Positions 1 to 11,700 of a stretch of 64,000 nucleotides of DNA are shown in pieces. Source of the stretch: Piromyces finnis finn (taxonomy: Eukaryota > Fungi > Neocallimastigomycota); contig MCFH01000027.1 in assembly GCA_002104945.1 (NCBI GenBank), forward strand, positions 496,001 through 560,000, written 5' to 3'. The notes beneath the pieces were generated by a model. That model was not told where the DNA came from and made no database searches. It saw only the letters and a program-made list of their open reading frames with translations. Made by a program: the position numbers and the translations under genes. The first letter of the stretch is position 1. Every line of letters begins with the position of its first letter.

Positions 1-480
1 ATTGAATTGGGGTAAACCTTTCATTCCACCTTTGTTTGATAATTCTTTCATTCCTGAACCAAATGAGGTTGAATTGAATTGGGGTAAACCTTTCATTCCA
101 CCTTTGTTTGATAATTCTTTCATTCCTGGTCCAAATGAAGTTGAATTGAATTGGGGTAAACCTTTCATTCCACCTTTGTTTGATAATTCTTTCATTCCTG
201 GTCCAAATGAGGTTGAATTGAATTGGGGTAAACCTTTCATTCCACCTTTGTTTGATAATTCTTTCATTCCTGAACCAAATGAGGTTGAATTGAATTGGGG
301 TAAACCTTTCATTCCACCTTTGTTTGATAATTCTTTCATTCCTGAACCAAATGTGGTTGAATTGAATTGGGGTAAACCTTTCATTCCACCTTTATTTGAT
401 AATTCTTTCATTTCACCCTTCATTCCTGGTCCAAATGAAGTTGAATTAAATTGAGGTAATCCTTTCATTCCTGGGCCCTT
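1..480 (-). repeat. 72-bp coding tandem repeat, at least 6 copies plus a partial copy
   Basis: Unit ATTGAATTGGGGTAAACC... restarts at 1, 73, 145, 217, 289 and 361; degenerate partial copy to about 480. Confidence 0.95.
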
Positions 481-813
481 CATTCCATCTTTCTTATTAT
501 CTTTATTTCCGAAATCAGGAGTCATACCATTTGAATTTGGTTTATTTGAATTTGGTTTATTGGTTGGAATTGTTTTGGTCGAACTAATAGTTTTAGCAGG
601 TTTGGTTTCAAGAGTTGGAATAGTTGTTGAAATTGGCATATCTACAGGCATATTTATTGGCATAGAAGCATCACCAATGATAGAGGCTGCTGTTTCATTT
701 TCAAGAGTATTGATTTGTAATTCTTCATCTTCATTTACAATTTGAGGATAAGCTGAAGAGTAAACAGCAAAAGCAATAGTGAAAATTAAAGAAAGTAAAT
801 TTGTTCTAACCAT
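1..813 (-). CDS. Secreted tandem-repeat protein, N-terminal 271 aa only (continues past the left edge)
   Basis: ATG at 813-811 opens a stop-free frame to position 1: MVRTNLLSLIFTIAFAVYSSA (signal-peptide-like), acidic and Pro/Thr-rich linker, then 24-aa repeats GMKELSNKGGMKGLPQFNST(S/T)FG(S/P). Absent from the ORF track because it has no stop in the window; the track's + strand ORF 2..454 is its antisense shadow. Confidence 0.85.
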   Translation of the reverse strand, partial: MVRTNLLSLIFTIAFAVYSSAYPQIVNEDEELQINTLENETAASIIGDASMPINMPVDMPISTTIPTLETKPAKTISSTKTIPTNKPNSNKPNSNGMTPDFGNKDNKKDGMKGPGMKGLPQFNSTSFGPGMKGEMKELSNKGGMKGLPQFNSTTFGSGMKELSNKGGMKGLPQFNSTSFGSGMKELSNKGGMKGLPQFNSTSFGPGMKELSNKGGMKGLPQFNSTSFGPGMKELSNKGGMKGLPQFNSTSFGSGMKELSNKGGMKGLPQFN

Positions 814-1579
814 TGTTTTCTCTAATCTATATAAAAAATTTTTTTAATCTATATACAAATATATTCTTATATTTTTTTACAAAAAATTTTATAAAAGTAT
901 TCTATACAACAAGGATTTAATTATTTTTAAAATATTTATTTTATTAAATAAAAAAGAAAAGAAAAGAAAATATTCATGCTTTTATATTCAAAGAGAAAAA
1001 ATATTATATATAAAATATGATATTAATATGCCTTTAAGTAATTAGTAATAGTATTAAAAATTAAAAAAAAAGACACTATAATAAAAAAAATGAGTAATAC
1101 TAATCAGAACCAATAAAATATTTATTAAATCATAATTTTTTTTTTTTTTCATTTTATTTTTTATAATAATTATATTTTAATTCCTTTTATTAATTAATTA
1201 AAAATGAATTTGTTTTTATTATTTAATAAAAACAAATCCATTTTTACCGCACATTTACTCTAAAATACAATAGTTCTATAAAAAGTTTATATATAGCATT
1301 TTTAATGCCTATTTTTTTAATTTTTTTAACAAAGATGGGTGGTTGTGATTTATGATAAATTTATGATGTTTTTATTTTGTGTCACCTAAAGGAATAATGA
1401 TATTAATTTATTTTTTAATATAATTTAAATTAAATTTTATTCATATTTTTATTGTTGTGAAACAGGCTAAAAAATAAAGTTTATTAAAAAAAAAAAAAAA
1501 GTAAAATAATATCATTGCGTTTTAAAAATAAATGCCAACAAATTATTAAACTTTTTAATAATATCATTATTATCATTAT

Positions 1580-1614
<35 letters not shown>

Positions 1615-3646
1615 TATATATAGTTAATGCTCACTTAACTATTATTTAAAATTTTATTAAGAGTAGAGTAGTAATAAAAACATAATGTAACCTAATATTA
1701 ATATTTTTATCTTTTTTAAATATTTTAATATTTGGTAATTAAGAGGAAAAATAATACGATATTACAGTATTATTAATTATAATATAAATGGTTTATTTTT
1801 AACTAATTATTTATTATTTTCTTGGAAAATTAGATAATAAAATTATATGAAAAATAGCATTTAATATTTTCTTTTTTTATTTATTGGTTCTGATACTATT
1901 TTAATACTATTACTCTTTTTTTTTTTTTTTTTATTAATTATTATGATTAATTATTATTATTATTATTATTATTTTGATTTGATCTATATATAGGTTATAA
2001 TTATTATTTCATTACTTTTTTATATTTATATTTATTTTTATCACTTATATTGTAATAACTCTTTTTTTATATATATTTTATTAATAATTATTCCTACGTT
2101 TATATATATATATATATATATATAATAATTATTCCTTTTTGTCTTTTTACTATTTTTAAATTTTAATATTCTATCCATTTAATATAATAATAAAAAAAAA
2201 TTATGAAATAATAAAAATTAATAATAACTAAATATATTTTAAAAAAAAAAAAAAAAAGATGGTTTTTAAATAAATTATCCATTTCTAAAAAGTTTTTTTT
2301 TTTTTTTATGATTTCCATTAATTTGATCCACCTTCTTTATTAATTTTTATAGGTATTATTTTTACTTATTTTTACTGCCATACCTCTATGAAAATTTACC
2401 AAAAAATCAAATATATATTTATATTTAATGAAAAATGACTTTTAACAAAATTTCCATTGTATTTTCTATATTAAAAATATAATAGAAAAACCATCAATTC
2501 CATTTATTGTACATTTATAAAAAAAAAAAAAAATAGGAATTGAATATTATCTCTCTCTTTGTGGTTATAAGAACCACCTAATTCCACAATATACCTATTT
2601 ATATTAATTTTTAATTATTTAAACGTTATTCAGAATGCCACTAATACATATCGTTTTATATTTTATTAGTCTTAATAATTGATACTCTTTTTTTTTTAAA
2701 AAAAAATGACTCAAATAAAGAAATAAGGATGAATTAAAAATAAAAAAAAGGAAAAGGAAAAGGAATGAAAAGAAAAATCATAAATCATATATACTAATAA
2801 TTGGTAATTGCGAGCTACTAACAATTAAAAGGAATTTTTTTTTTTTTTTTTTAATAAGAAAAACCTTGCGATTCCTATCTACCTATGAAAAAAAAAAGTA
2901 TTTTTTAAACTAAGAAGATAACCAATACACTTTTTTCTTTCATTTATTTATTTAATCTTTATTTAATCTGTGATTATACATATTGATATAATATAAATAA
3001 AAAATAATAAAATATAAAGATATAAATATAAAATAAAATAATTATTTTAAGTTGCATAAAAGTTCAATGAACTCTGCAATTGGTATTGTGTTGGATTGAT
3101 CCCTACTTAATAAATTAAATGAAATAAAAAGAAAGTAACATCAAGGATCAGGTAGGATAATGTGATGTCCTCTAAACTCTCCCATCAGTTGTGTTTTCAT
3201 TCAAAGAAATACTAATATTGAATCCTGTGTACGGAATATTAGGAATGTTTCTTTGCCATATCAGTATGACAATCGGCACTCTTGATTTCATTAGGTATCT
3301 CACTAAACCTAATGAAAATGTAGCATCGCTGAGCTACTAATGATAGAAATTATTTTAGTAAGAAAACCCCCCACAAAACCCCCATCTACATATGGAACAT
3401 GAGACCCCCAATGAAATGTAAAGTTGTTCATTCAAATAACTTTGTTCTTCCATATCGATTTGTCGTTCATCCTAAGCTAAAGTTTCACCAAGAAGGAACG
3501 TACCCAAGAAACAGTAAAACTAGATATTTATTCCAATAGTTTTTTTTTTTTCTCTTTATTAATTTGTAAAAAAAAAAAAAAACACATGCATACATACACA
3601 TACACACATTCTAAGCTAATGTTCTATTACAACATAAGCATTAGAT

Positions 3647-5340
3647 CTTTTTTTTTTTTTTTTTTTTTTTTTTTACAGCATCAAATATTTTTAAACTTTA
3701 TTATTAATTTAATTAAAATTATAATACATGTAATAAAAAAAAATTAAAAATAAAAATAAAAAAATAGGTTTAAATAAACATAAATGAATAAAAATCGGGT
3801 ATAATGTATTCGAGTCATTTTAATTAAAGAAAGTCACTATGATACGAAAGTATAATAATTGTATCTGACTTCCAATGGGACACCGAGCCAAAGATTAAAA
3901 ATTTTTATCATGGGACAAAATTATGATCTCCATTGGTTGCGCTGGCCTTCCTGGCCTGTCTTATTGTTTCTTCAACATTGACGCTCTTGGATGTTGCTTC
4001 AAATCTTTTAAACATTGACCATTATTGGTCAATAACAAAAGGCATGAATTTTTGGTTAAAATTTTCGCTATTATCGTCAAGAATGGTGTGTTCCTTGGTA
4101 AGTGCCAGATTGAATCTGACACTTGCAAATTTCTTTCCATTCCCTTGAATTGTAATTGATATTGTTAAAACTTCTTCCCCCAAGAAGGAATTTAAATATT
4201 TTACTGCACACACTAGAATAATCATACACATTAATATTCACCGGATTATTAGAACTATTACTATCATTAACTAAATTATTATCTAAATTAGAATTATTAT
4301 CATCACTATTGCTATCATTACTAATATTATTATTTCTATTACTACTATTGTTATTATTACTATTATTGTTACTATTGTTACTATTACTATTAATATTATT
4401 GCTATCTCTACGGATATTAACATTTTCAATATTATTGATCGGACTCTTGAAATTACGTTGACTGAAAAAAAATTTAATAGCTGGACTATGGGAATTGTAA
4501 TGTGTAATACGGCGGATATCTCTAAATGTTGGATAATCTAATATCCAATGCTTAATACTTTGAACACCACACTTGCAACATGGACAGTAGTTAGGACAAA
4601 CTGGATCAACAAATTTTGCAGCTTTTACAACTCTAGCATCCAACTTGTATTCGCTTCTTGCTTTCAATAGTCAGTAGAAACCATAGGCAAACTCTGGGTA
4701 CTCATAGCATAATTTAATAAAAATCTTTAATTTCAATAAATTTATTATCATCATCGTATTGGGTTTTAGGGACTTTAAGAAGTCATCAAGTATCTTTCCA
4801 ATAAAAGTTTTTTTAACTGTTTTAACATCTCCATGCTTCTTTAATTTTTTATCAAGTGTCCTACTTGATTTGCACCATGTATATTTTCTAAATTTAGGAT
4901 TGTAATTGACAAGGTGTGTGAGATGATACAATTCGAGTTTTTTCCATTTGTTAAAACCTCTAACCTGAGCTAATGGCGCATTTGGCTGATAATGGAGGAA
5001 TATTCAAATCTTTTTGAGATAGAGTATAGAGATATAAACGATACAGCTTTATGAACTCCGGCAACCCATCGTATTCCTTTGTTAACATGCTTCTGAGCAA
5101 TCCTAGACCTAGCCTTGTTGGTTTCCAAATAATAAAAGTATGAAACACTGCTAATCACTTGCGAGTGAAGTACTAGCTTTTTGAAAGGAATATAGAAATA
5201 TATGGATCTCTTAAGAATTTACTAACTACGAAAAGTCTTTTCAAAACCTTGTTATTAAGAGCTTTAATAACTGGTTTAAGGGACAAATTCTTATTAAATG
5301 GAACACCAAAATAAGTATAGCAATCAATAGTTGGAATGGT
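3647..5340 (-). mobile_element. 5'-truncated, decayed non-LTR retrotransposon (LINE); same family as 61791-64000
   Basis: Poly(T) 3648-3674 is the poly(A) tail on the minus strand. Perfect 12-bp TSD TAAGCATTAGAT at 3635-3646 and 5341-5352. The 3' UTR and the broken ORF pieces (4077-4667, 4671-4931, 4960-5158) align by eye to the C-terminal half of the 62062-63972 ORF, with frameshifts and stops. Confidence 0.93.
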
Positions 5341-5693
5341 TAAGCATTAGATTTGCGTAAATTAAAATTAGGTTGGTGGTAGTATATATATAAAAAAAGA
5401 AAACACACAAAAATAATTATTTTTATTAAAATTTATTATTTAAAAATTCTTTTATTTTTTATTGATGTTTATGGTCACAAATATTCTTGATTTTTTCTTT
5501 TTTAGAAAAAAAAAAAAAATTAACTTTAAACTAGTAAAATAAATAAATAATTGAAAATATATATAAAAAAAAAAATTTTTAAAATTTAAAAATTAATAAT
5601 AGTTCATTAATAAAAAAAAAAAAAAGATATTGGAAATAGAATTTTTTTTTTTTTTTTAATATATTTAAATATAATGATTTCTTCTTTTTTTTA

Positions 5694-5724
<31 letters not shown>

Positions 5725-6315
5725 TAGCTGTTATTAATAGATTATCTGTTATAATATATATTAATGATATGAAAAAAAAAAAAATAATAATAATAATAAT
5801 TGCTAGACTAGATAATTTGTATACTATGTATATTTTGTATATTGTGTGTATTATGTATATTAAATTATATATATAACAAAATATAAAAAAAATATTGACA
5901 AAGGTCAATATTTTTTTTATTTCATCTTGTTTGTTTTTCTTAAAGGTATCGTTAAACTTTCTTTTTTTTAAAAAAAAAAAAAGTTTAATTGTGTTTTGTT
6001 TTGTTTTTGGTATAATTATGATATCTTTTAAAATAGAAATAGAAATGAAATAATATTAAAAAAAAAAAAAGTATGTATATATATAAATTCTTATTTTCGT
6101 TCTATAAAATCCCAAATTTGCCCATAATTGTCTTTTTTTTATCTTTTTTTTTTAAAAAAAAAAAATAATATTCTATTCCAAAATAATAAATAAAAAAAAT
6201 TGATTTTATCTTTTTTTTTTTTTTTGGTTGGTTGGTTGGATATTGGTTGAATGAATGATTTACACTATTATTAATCAAAGATTGGTTATATATATATATA
6301 TATAAATGGTGAATT

Positions 6316-6834
6316 TTAATTGATTTTAAATCTTTTTCTGGAATCGGTAGAGGATATATAATGATTATTAATTGTACAATTAATATGAGATTCCAAAAAT
6401 GATTTATAAGAAATCTTCTTAGAATGATGATCAATGGAAGAAAATGATAATTTCCTTTTCATAGGTAAAGCATCAGAGGTACAAAATTGATTTATTCTTT
6501 TGGTATCGTGACAAGGTATTAAATTTGTTGATGAGGTATTTTTTTGTTGTAATTCAAAGGAGGAAAAGGAAGAAAGGGAAGAATTGGAACATCTTGAAAA
6601 GGAGAATTTTTGGCAACTTGCTTTACTTGAATTTTCATGAGAAGATGGAGAGTTGGATGTTGTTGTCATTGTAGGTAATAAAGATATAGAAGAGATAGGA
6701 GAAATGGTTTGAAAAGGAGTAGAGGTATCCGAGGAAAGAGGATTTGGATCAAATTCTAAGGAAAGATTAATTTCTTTTGTATTCATTAAGCATTCTGTTG
6801 ATTCATGAGTGTGAACATTTGTGACCATAACATG
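6316..6834 (-). CDS. Probable C-terminal continuation of the CK1 gene in the -1 frame (Ser-rich, NLS-like KRKL and RKRFK)
   Basis: The 170-aa ORF overlaps the kinase ORF end, has coding-like composition in an AT desert, and fuses with it if the A6 run (6835-6840) gains one A or slips -1. Confidence 0.65.
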   Translation of the reverse strand, partial: HVMVTNVHTHESTECLMNTKEINLSLEFDPNPLSSDTSTPFQTISPISSISLLPTMTTTSNSPSSHENSSKASCQKFSFSRCSNSSLSSFSSFELQQKNTSSTNLIPCHDTKRINQFCTSDALPMKRKLSFSSIDHHSKKISYKSFLESHINCTINNHYISSTDSRKRFKIN

Positions 6835-9831
6835 TTTTTTGGATGAGTAGAATCAATAACAGTTTGTTGATTGGATGAATGATTAAATGGTATATTAATA
6901 TTATTACGATGGTTAGCATTTGAACGAAGATAGGCATTATTATTTAAAGGAGTAGATAATGACGCTATTGAATTAAAATTAGATAGAATAGTAGTAGGTT
7001 TATTCATAGTGCCCAAGTTTGAATTTAAAACAGAACTTTGTGATTTTTGAGTCACGAGGATGGGTTGAGGATAATCATGAGGTGGAGATGGAATTGTGGC
7101 TGTTGCTTGAATTGGAACATAAGCATGAGATGAGGATGAGGTTGTGACGGTTGCTTGAATTGGAACATAAGTATGAGATGAGGATGAGGTTGTGACGGTT
7201 GCTTGAATTGGAACATAAGCATGAGATGAGGATGAGGTTGTGACGGTTGCTTGAATTGGAACATAAGCATGAGATGAGGATGAGGTTGTGGCTGTTACAT
7301 GAATTGGAGATACAACGGTACTTGGATGAGTTCTATTTTGCTTAAGCATAGCTTCTATTTCCGTAGTACGTGGAGAAACCACGGTTTGTTTTTTACAAGG
7401 ACCATGCCAGCTTCTATCTGATTCATCGATAATATCTGGTTGATGATCATTAGACATACTTAACTTACGTTTTTTATCTCTTTTCCTTTTCTCAATCTCC
7501 ACACGCTTCAATTCCTTTTCCTTTTCCATTTGTTGACGTTTTGCCTTTTGTTCTTGGTGTAAACGAATACAGGCAATCCAATCAAAATCACCATCATCTT
7601 CTTGACCCATGTCCTTTAAAACTTGATCTAACAAACCACGAAGATAGTCGTAATCTGGTTTATCATAAAATCCCAATCCTCTAACATAATTCATATAATC
7701 CTTAAATTGAATAGGAAGGGTTTTACACAATTGATCAACGGTAATAACGGATTTAGTTCTACCAATAGACATGATCATTGCTTCGGGAGTTTTAGCTGTA
7801 ATACCCATCCATGGTAATCTTCCTCCGAACCATAAATACATTAAACAATAGCATAAGGCTTCCAAATCATCTCTTGGGGTTTGTTGATCACAGCGATGGG
7901 TATTTAAACTCATATATCTTGGTGTACCGCATGGGGGCTTCTTTTTATTAGGAACATGTTGATTCGTTATAGGATTTTTATAAAATTCAGAAAGACCAAA
8001 ATCAGCTAAATAAACGGTAGCTGCTGGTGTTCTTCCTTCAGAACCATCATGAAGGTATTCCTCTTCACCCTTTTTATATTTATTGGATATTGGTTTAGAA
8101 TAATCGATATAACCAATTAAAAAGTTTTCTGGTTTAATATCACGGTAGACAATACCACGTTCATGAACTTTTTCTAATCTTGTAAGAATTTGTTTTCCAA
8201 TCATACAAATCGTTTTCATGGTAAAACGACATTGACATAAACGGAATAAAGCTTCAATACTTGGACCCAATAATTCCATAATCATGACATTATTCTTTTC
8301 AAGACGTCCATAGTATAAAACTTTTGGCATGCCTTCTAAACCATATAATCGTTGATAGATAGCATATTCTTCTGCTAATTGCTTATTTCTATCTGAAATT
8401 CTTTCCGCCTTTACAGCAATAGGTTGACCAGTTTTTTCATTTATACCCTTAAAAATAGTACCACAATATCCTTTACCGATGGCCTGTTTAATATTATAAC
8501 CCTTGAGAATTTCTTTTATAGATTTTAATGAATCCACCTTCCATGCACTAATACTATCAGAATTATTATCTTTTTCGTAGGTTCTGTAAGTTTCTATGAT
8601 TGGATAATGATTTTCATTGGTCATAATTGAATTTTCTGGTTTTGGTTGAGTTTCTTCTGTTTCTCTGGTAGGACAACTACGCCATGCACTAATATCACTT
8701 TCCAAGAAAGATTTTTGAAAACGTGAATGGGAATGATTATCAGAATTTAATAATTCCATAGATGATTTAGAAGCATCTTTATTTTTTATCACGGATATAT
8801 CTTTATTTTTTGGGGTAAAGAAAGCAAATTCTTCGATAGAATTAAAACTATTTTTACGGCTACCAGAAGAACTTAGAGATATTATAGAAGTCAAAGAATT
8901 AATAGAATTTACAGATAAATTTTCTATTATTTCCAAATTATCTATATTATTTTCTTCTTCATCATTACAAAAAGGTTTATTTAATTTCTAATATAATGAA
9001 AAGAAAAAAAAAGAGGTTATTTTTTTTACGTTAGTAAAAATAGTTTATTTCAACGATAACATATAAATAAATAATGAATCAATTTACATTGTTGCTATAG
9101 TATTGAGATATCATATTATCTTTATTACGATTCTTATTTTTTATCACTGCCGTTGGATTATCCTAAATTTATATTTAGGAATTAAGAATGAGTGATCAAC
9201 TATTTATAATACTATTCATCTTTTTTCTATCTATACAACTATTTATAATACTATTCATCTTTTCTTTATCTATACAACAAATGTTGATTTCTTTATAAAT
9301 GTATATCTCTCTTCCTATCCATCCTTATTTTCTTATCCTTTTAAAAAAAAAAAGACTTTTTTTAATAGTTACCTTTATAAATTCAGTCCAAGCACTTTCT
9401 ATAACATTGTCATCCGCTACGGTCATTTTAATATCATTATCATTAAGTTTAATGTTAAATGAAAGGTCATCTTCATTTTCAGAGGAGGAGGAATGACCAG
9501 ATTCAAGAGGGAACTTTGATTGGGTAGTATAACTTGATTCAACGGATGGTAGAATATCATCCTTTAATTCTTTTTTTGTAGATTCAAAATCATCACTATC
9601 GGTTGTATCGGTATCATAAACATGGATCTCATTAAGTTGTTTTGAAGAGTCTCGACAAAGACAATAATCTCTATTTAACCTACTCTCTTCTTGTTTTTTT
9701 ATCTATAAAGTAATTTTTTTTAAAAAAAAAAAAAAAAAATTACTATGAATAAATTCTGAAATCAATTTAACTATTTTCTAATTTAAAAAACTTACTTGAG
9801 AAAAAGTTTGCCAAGCACTTTCTTCTGCCAT
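6786..9831 (-). CDS. Casein kinase 1 family kinase with long acidic N-terminal and Ser/Thr-rich C-terminal extensions (3 exons: 9831-9796, 9702-9373, 8987-6786; about 855 aa)
   Basis: CK1 motifs: IAVKAE, MELLGPSIEALF, YRDIKPENFLIG, DFGLS, GTPRYMSLNTH, RDDLEAL, LPWMGI. Exons join in phase 0 through GT..AG introns (GTAAGT at 9795, GTAACT at 9372, acceptors at 9703 and 8988), all in frame with the track ORF 6786..8936. Confidence 0.9.
7102..7293 (-). repeat. 48-bp coding repeat x4 (ATVTTSSSSHAYVPIQ) in the CK1 tail
   Basis: Units start at 7102, 7150, 7198 and 7246. Confidence 0.95.
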
Positions 9832-11460
9832 TGTTGTTATCACACGTATAATATATTCTAAAATTAACTTTTTTTAAAAAAAAAAAAAAAAAACTGGTAT
9901 TATACAGAAAGGAACAAAGTAACGGATATCTTGATTTTTCTTATTCCTTTACATTACACATTATATAAAAACCCTGAGTAATTGGCTCTTACTATTTTTT
10001 AAAAAAATAAATTTATATAATATTTAAAAAAAAAAAAAAATTAGTTCTGTTGTTTTTTATTTAAACTATTTTTTAAATTTATAAATTATCTTGGCAAAAA
10101 AAATTTTTTAAACTATCACTAAAAAAAAGCTTTTTTAAAAGAATATATTTTTATTTGTAAATTGATTTATAGTTTTGAAGGGTTTTTTTTTTGTACTATT
10201 AAAATTTAATATTTTTTTTTCCATTAATATTATATAGTTATTTATTTGTTTTTTATATTATATTTATAGTTGCCATTTTTTTTTTAATCATGATGTTTTG
10301 ATTAATTTATTTCTATTAATATTTATATATATTTTTATTTTGACTATGTCATTGTTATTGCTTTATTTTCTTATATATTCCATTATTTCTAATATTATTT
10401 TTTTTAAACAAAAAATATTGTTATTAAATCAATACGATAGTGTTTTGTTATTTCAGGTATTTATTCCTATTTTTTTTTTTTTTTTAATTTCTTATTTAAA
10501 TTAAAACGAATAATTGATTTGTTTTATTTTTTTTTTTTTTTTTTGAGGTATTACACCAACATTGCTAAATAAATATATCAATGTATAAAAGTGTATATCT
10601 ACCTTGATAAAATTGAAATTTTAATTAAATAATAATATGGTTATTTCTTGTTTTCATACTAATTATATTATATTTCAATTTTCTTTTTTTTTAAAAAAAA
10701 AAAAGGTTTTTTTTTCTATTTTACTCGTGTTTAAAATATATATCTATATATAAAATAAAACTTTTTTTTTCAATGTATTACTAAATGATTGTATTTTAAC
10801 TACTTCTATAGAGAGAGAAAATGTTTTTTATTATAGTCAAAACTATAAACACTTTTTTTTTTAAAAAAAAAATAATATATATATATCTATATATAAAAAG
10901 GTGTTTTTTTTTTAAAAAAATAATAATTTTATTTTTCTTTTTTATTTCTTTTCATATACGTATATATATACAATTTACTTTTTTAAACTTTTCTAATAAT
11001 AATAAAAAAAAAAAAAATAAATAAGAAAAGTATTTAAAAAATAAAAAAAAAGAAAAAAAAACTTTTTTTATACAAATAAAATTATTTAAATTTTTTTTTA
11101 ATTTTTTTATTAATAAAGTTTTGACATATAAAAAAAAAAGGTTTTTTTTTATATTTTTGTTTTTTTTTAATTGAAAAAAAGGTTTTGTGTGTGCTTCTTT
11201 TTTTAATAAAAAATGCTGCCTTTCTCACTTTTTTTTTTTTTTTGAATGAAGGAATTAACGAAAACAAAAAAATAAAAATGGTGAAAAAAAAAAAAAAAAG
11301 GGAATAAGACAAAGTTTAAATAAAAAGAATGAAATTTAAAAAAAGATAAAAAATTGTTTATTAAAAAAAATAATAATAACAAAAACTTTAAAATTATTAT
11401 TAATAATAATAAAAAAAAAGACAATTAATATAAATTAATACACCATAAATTAAAAAGATA

Positions 11461-11700
11461 AATAAATGAATGGATGACTAAATAAATAAATACTATTGAA
11501 GAATTATCAATAAAATAAATGAATGGATGACTAAATAAATAAATACTATTGAAGAATTATCAATAAAATAAATGAATGGATAAATAAATGACTAAATACT
11601 ATTGAAGAATTATCAATAAAATAAATGAATGGATAAATAAATGACTAAATACTATTGAAGAATTATCAATAAAATAAATGAATGGATAAATAAATAAATA
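11461..11700. repeat. 53-bp tandem minisatellite, 4 copies plus a partial copy
   Basis: ATGAATGG restarts at 11466, 11519, 11572, 11625 and 11678. Confidence 0.9.

Noticed and set aside
2-454. 150-aa Pro-rich + strand ORF (NWGKPFIPPLFD repeats)
   Set aside because: Antisense shadow of the minus-strand repeat gene, which has an ATG and a signal peptide; this frame has only a TTG start.
1-480. Regular repeats resembling a CRISPR array
   Set aside because: Contiguous 72-bp coding units with no unique spacers; eukaryotic context; no cas genes.
5579-6434. Short hydrophobic or Lys/Phe-rich ORFs (and similar ones at 10298-11424, 19752, 22124, 25646, 32854, 34643, 42822, 50532, 60266)
   Set aside because: Products of poly-A/T tracts and microsatellites; no codon-like composition or motifs.
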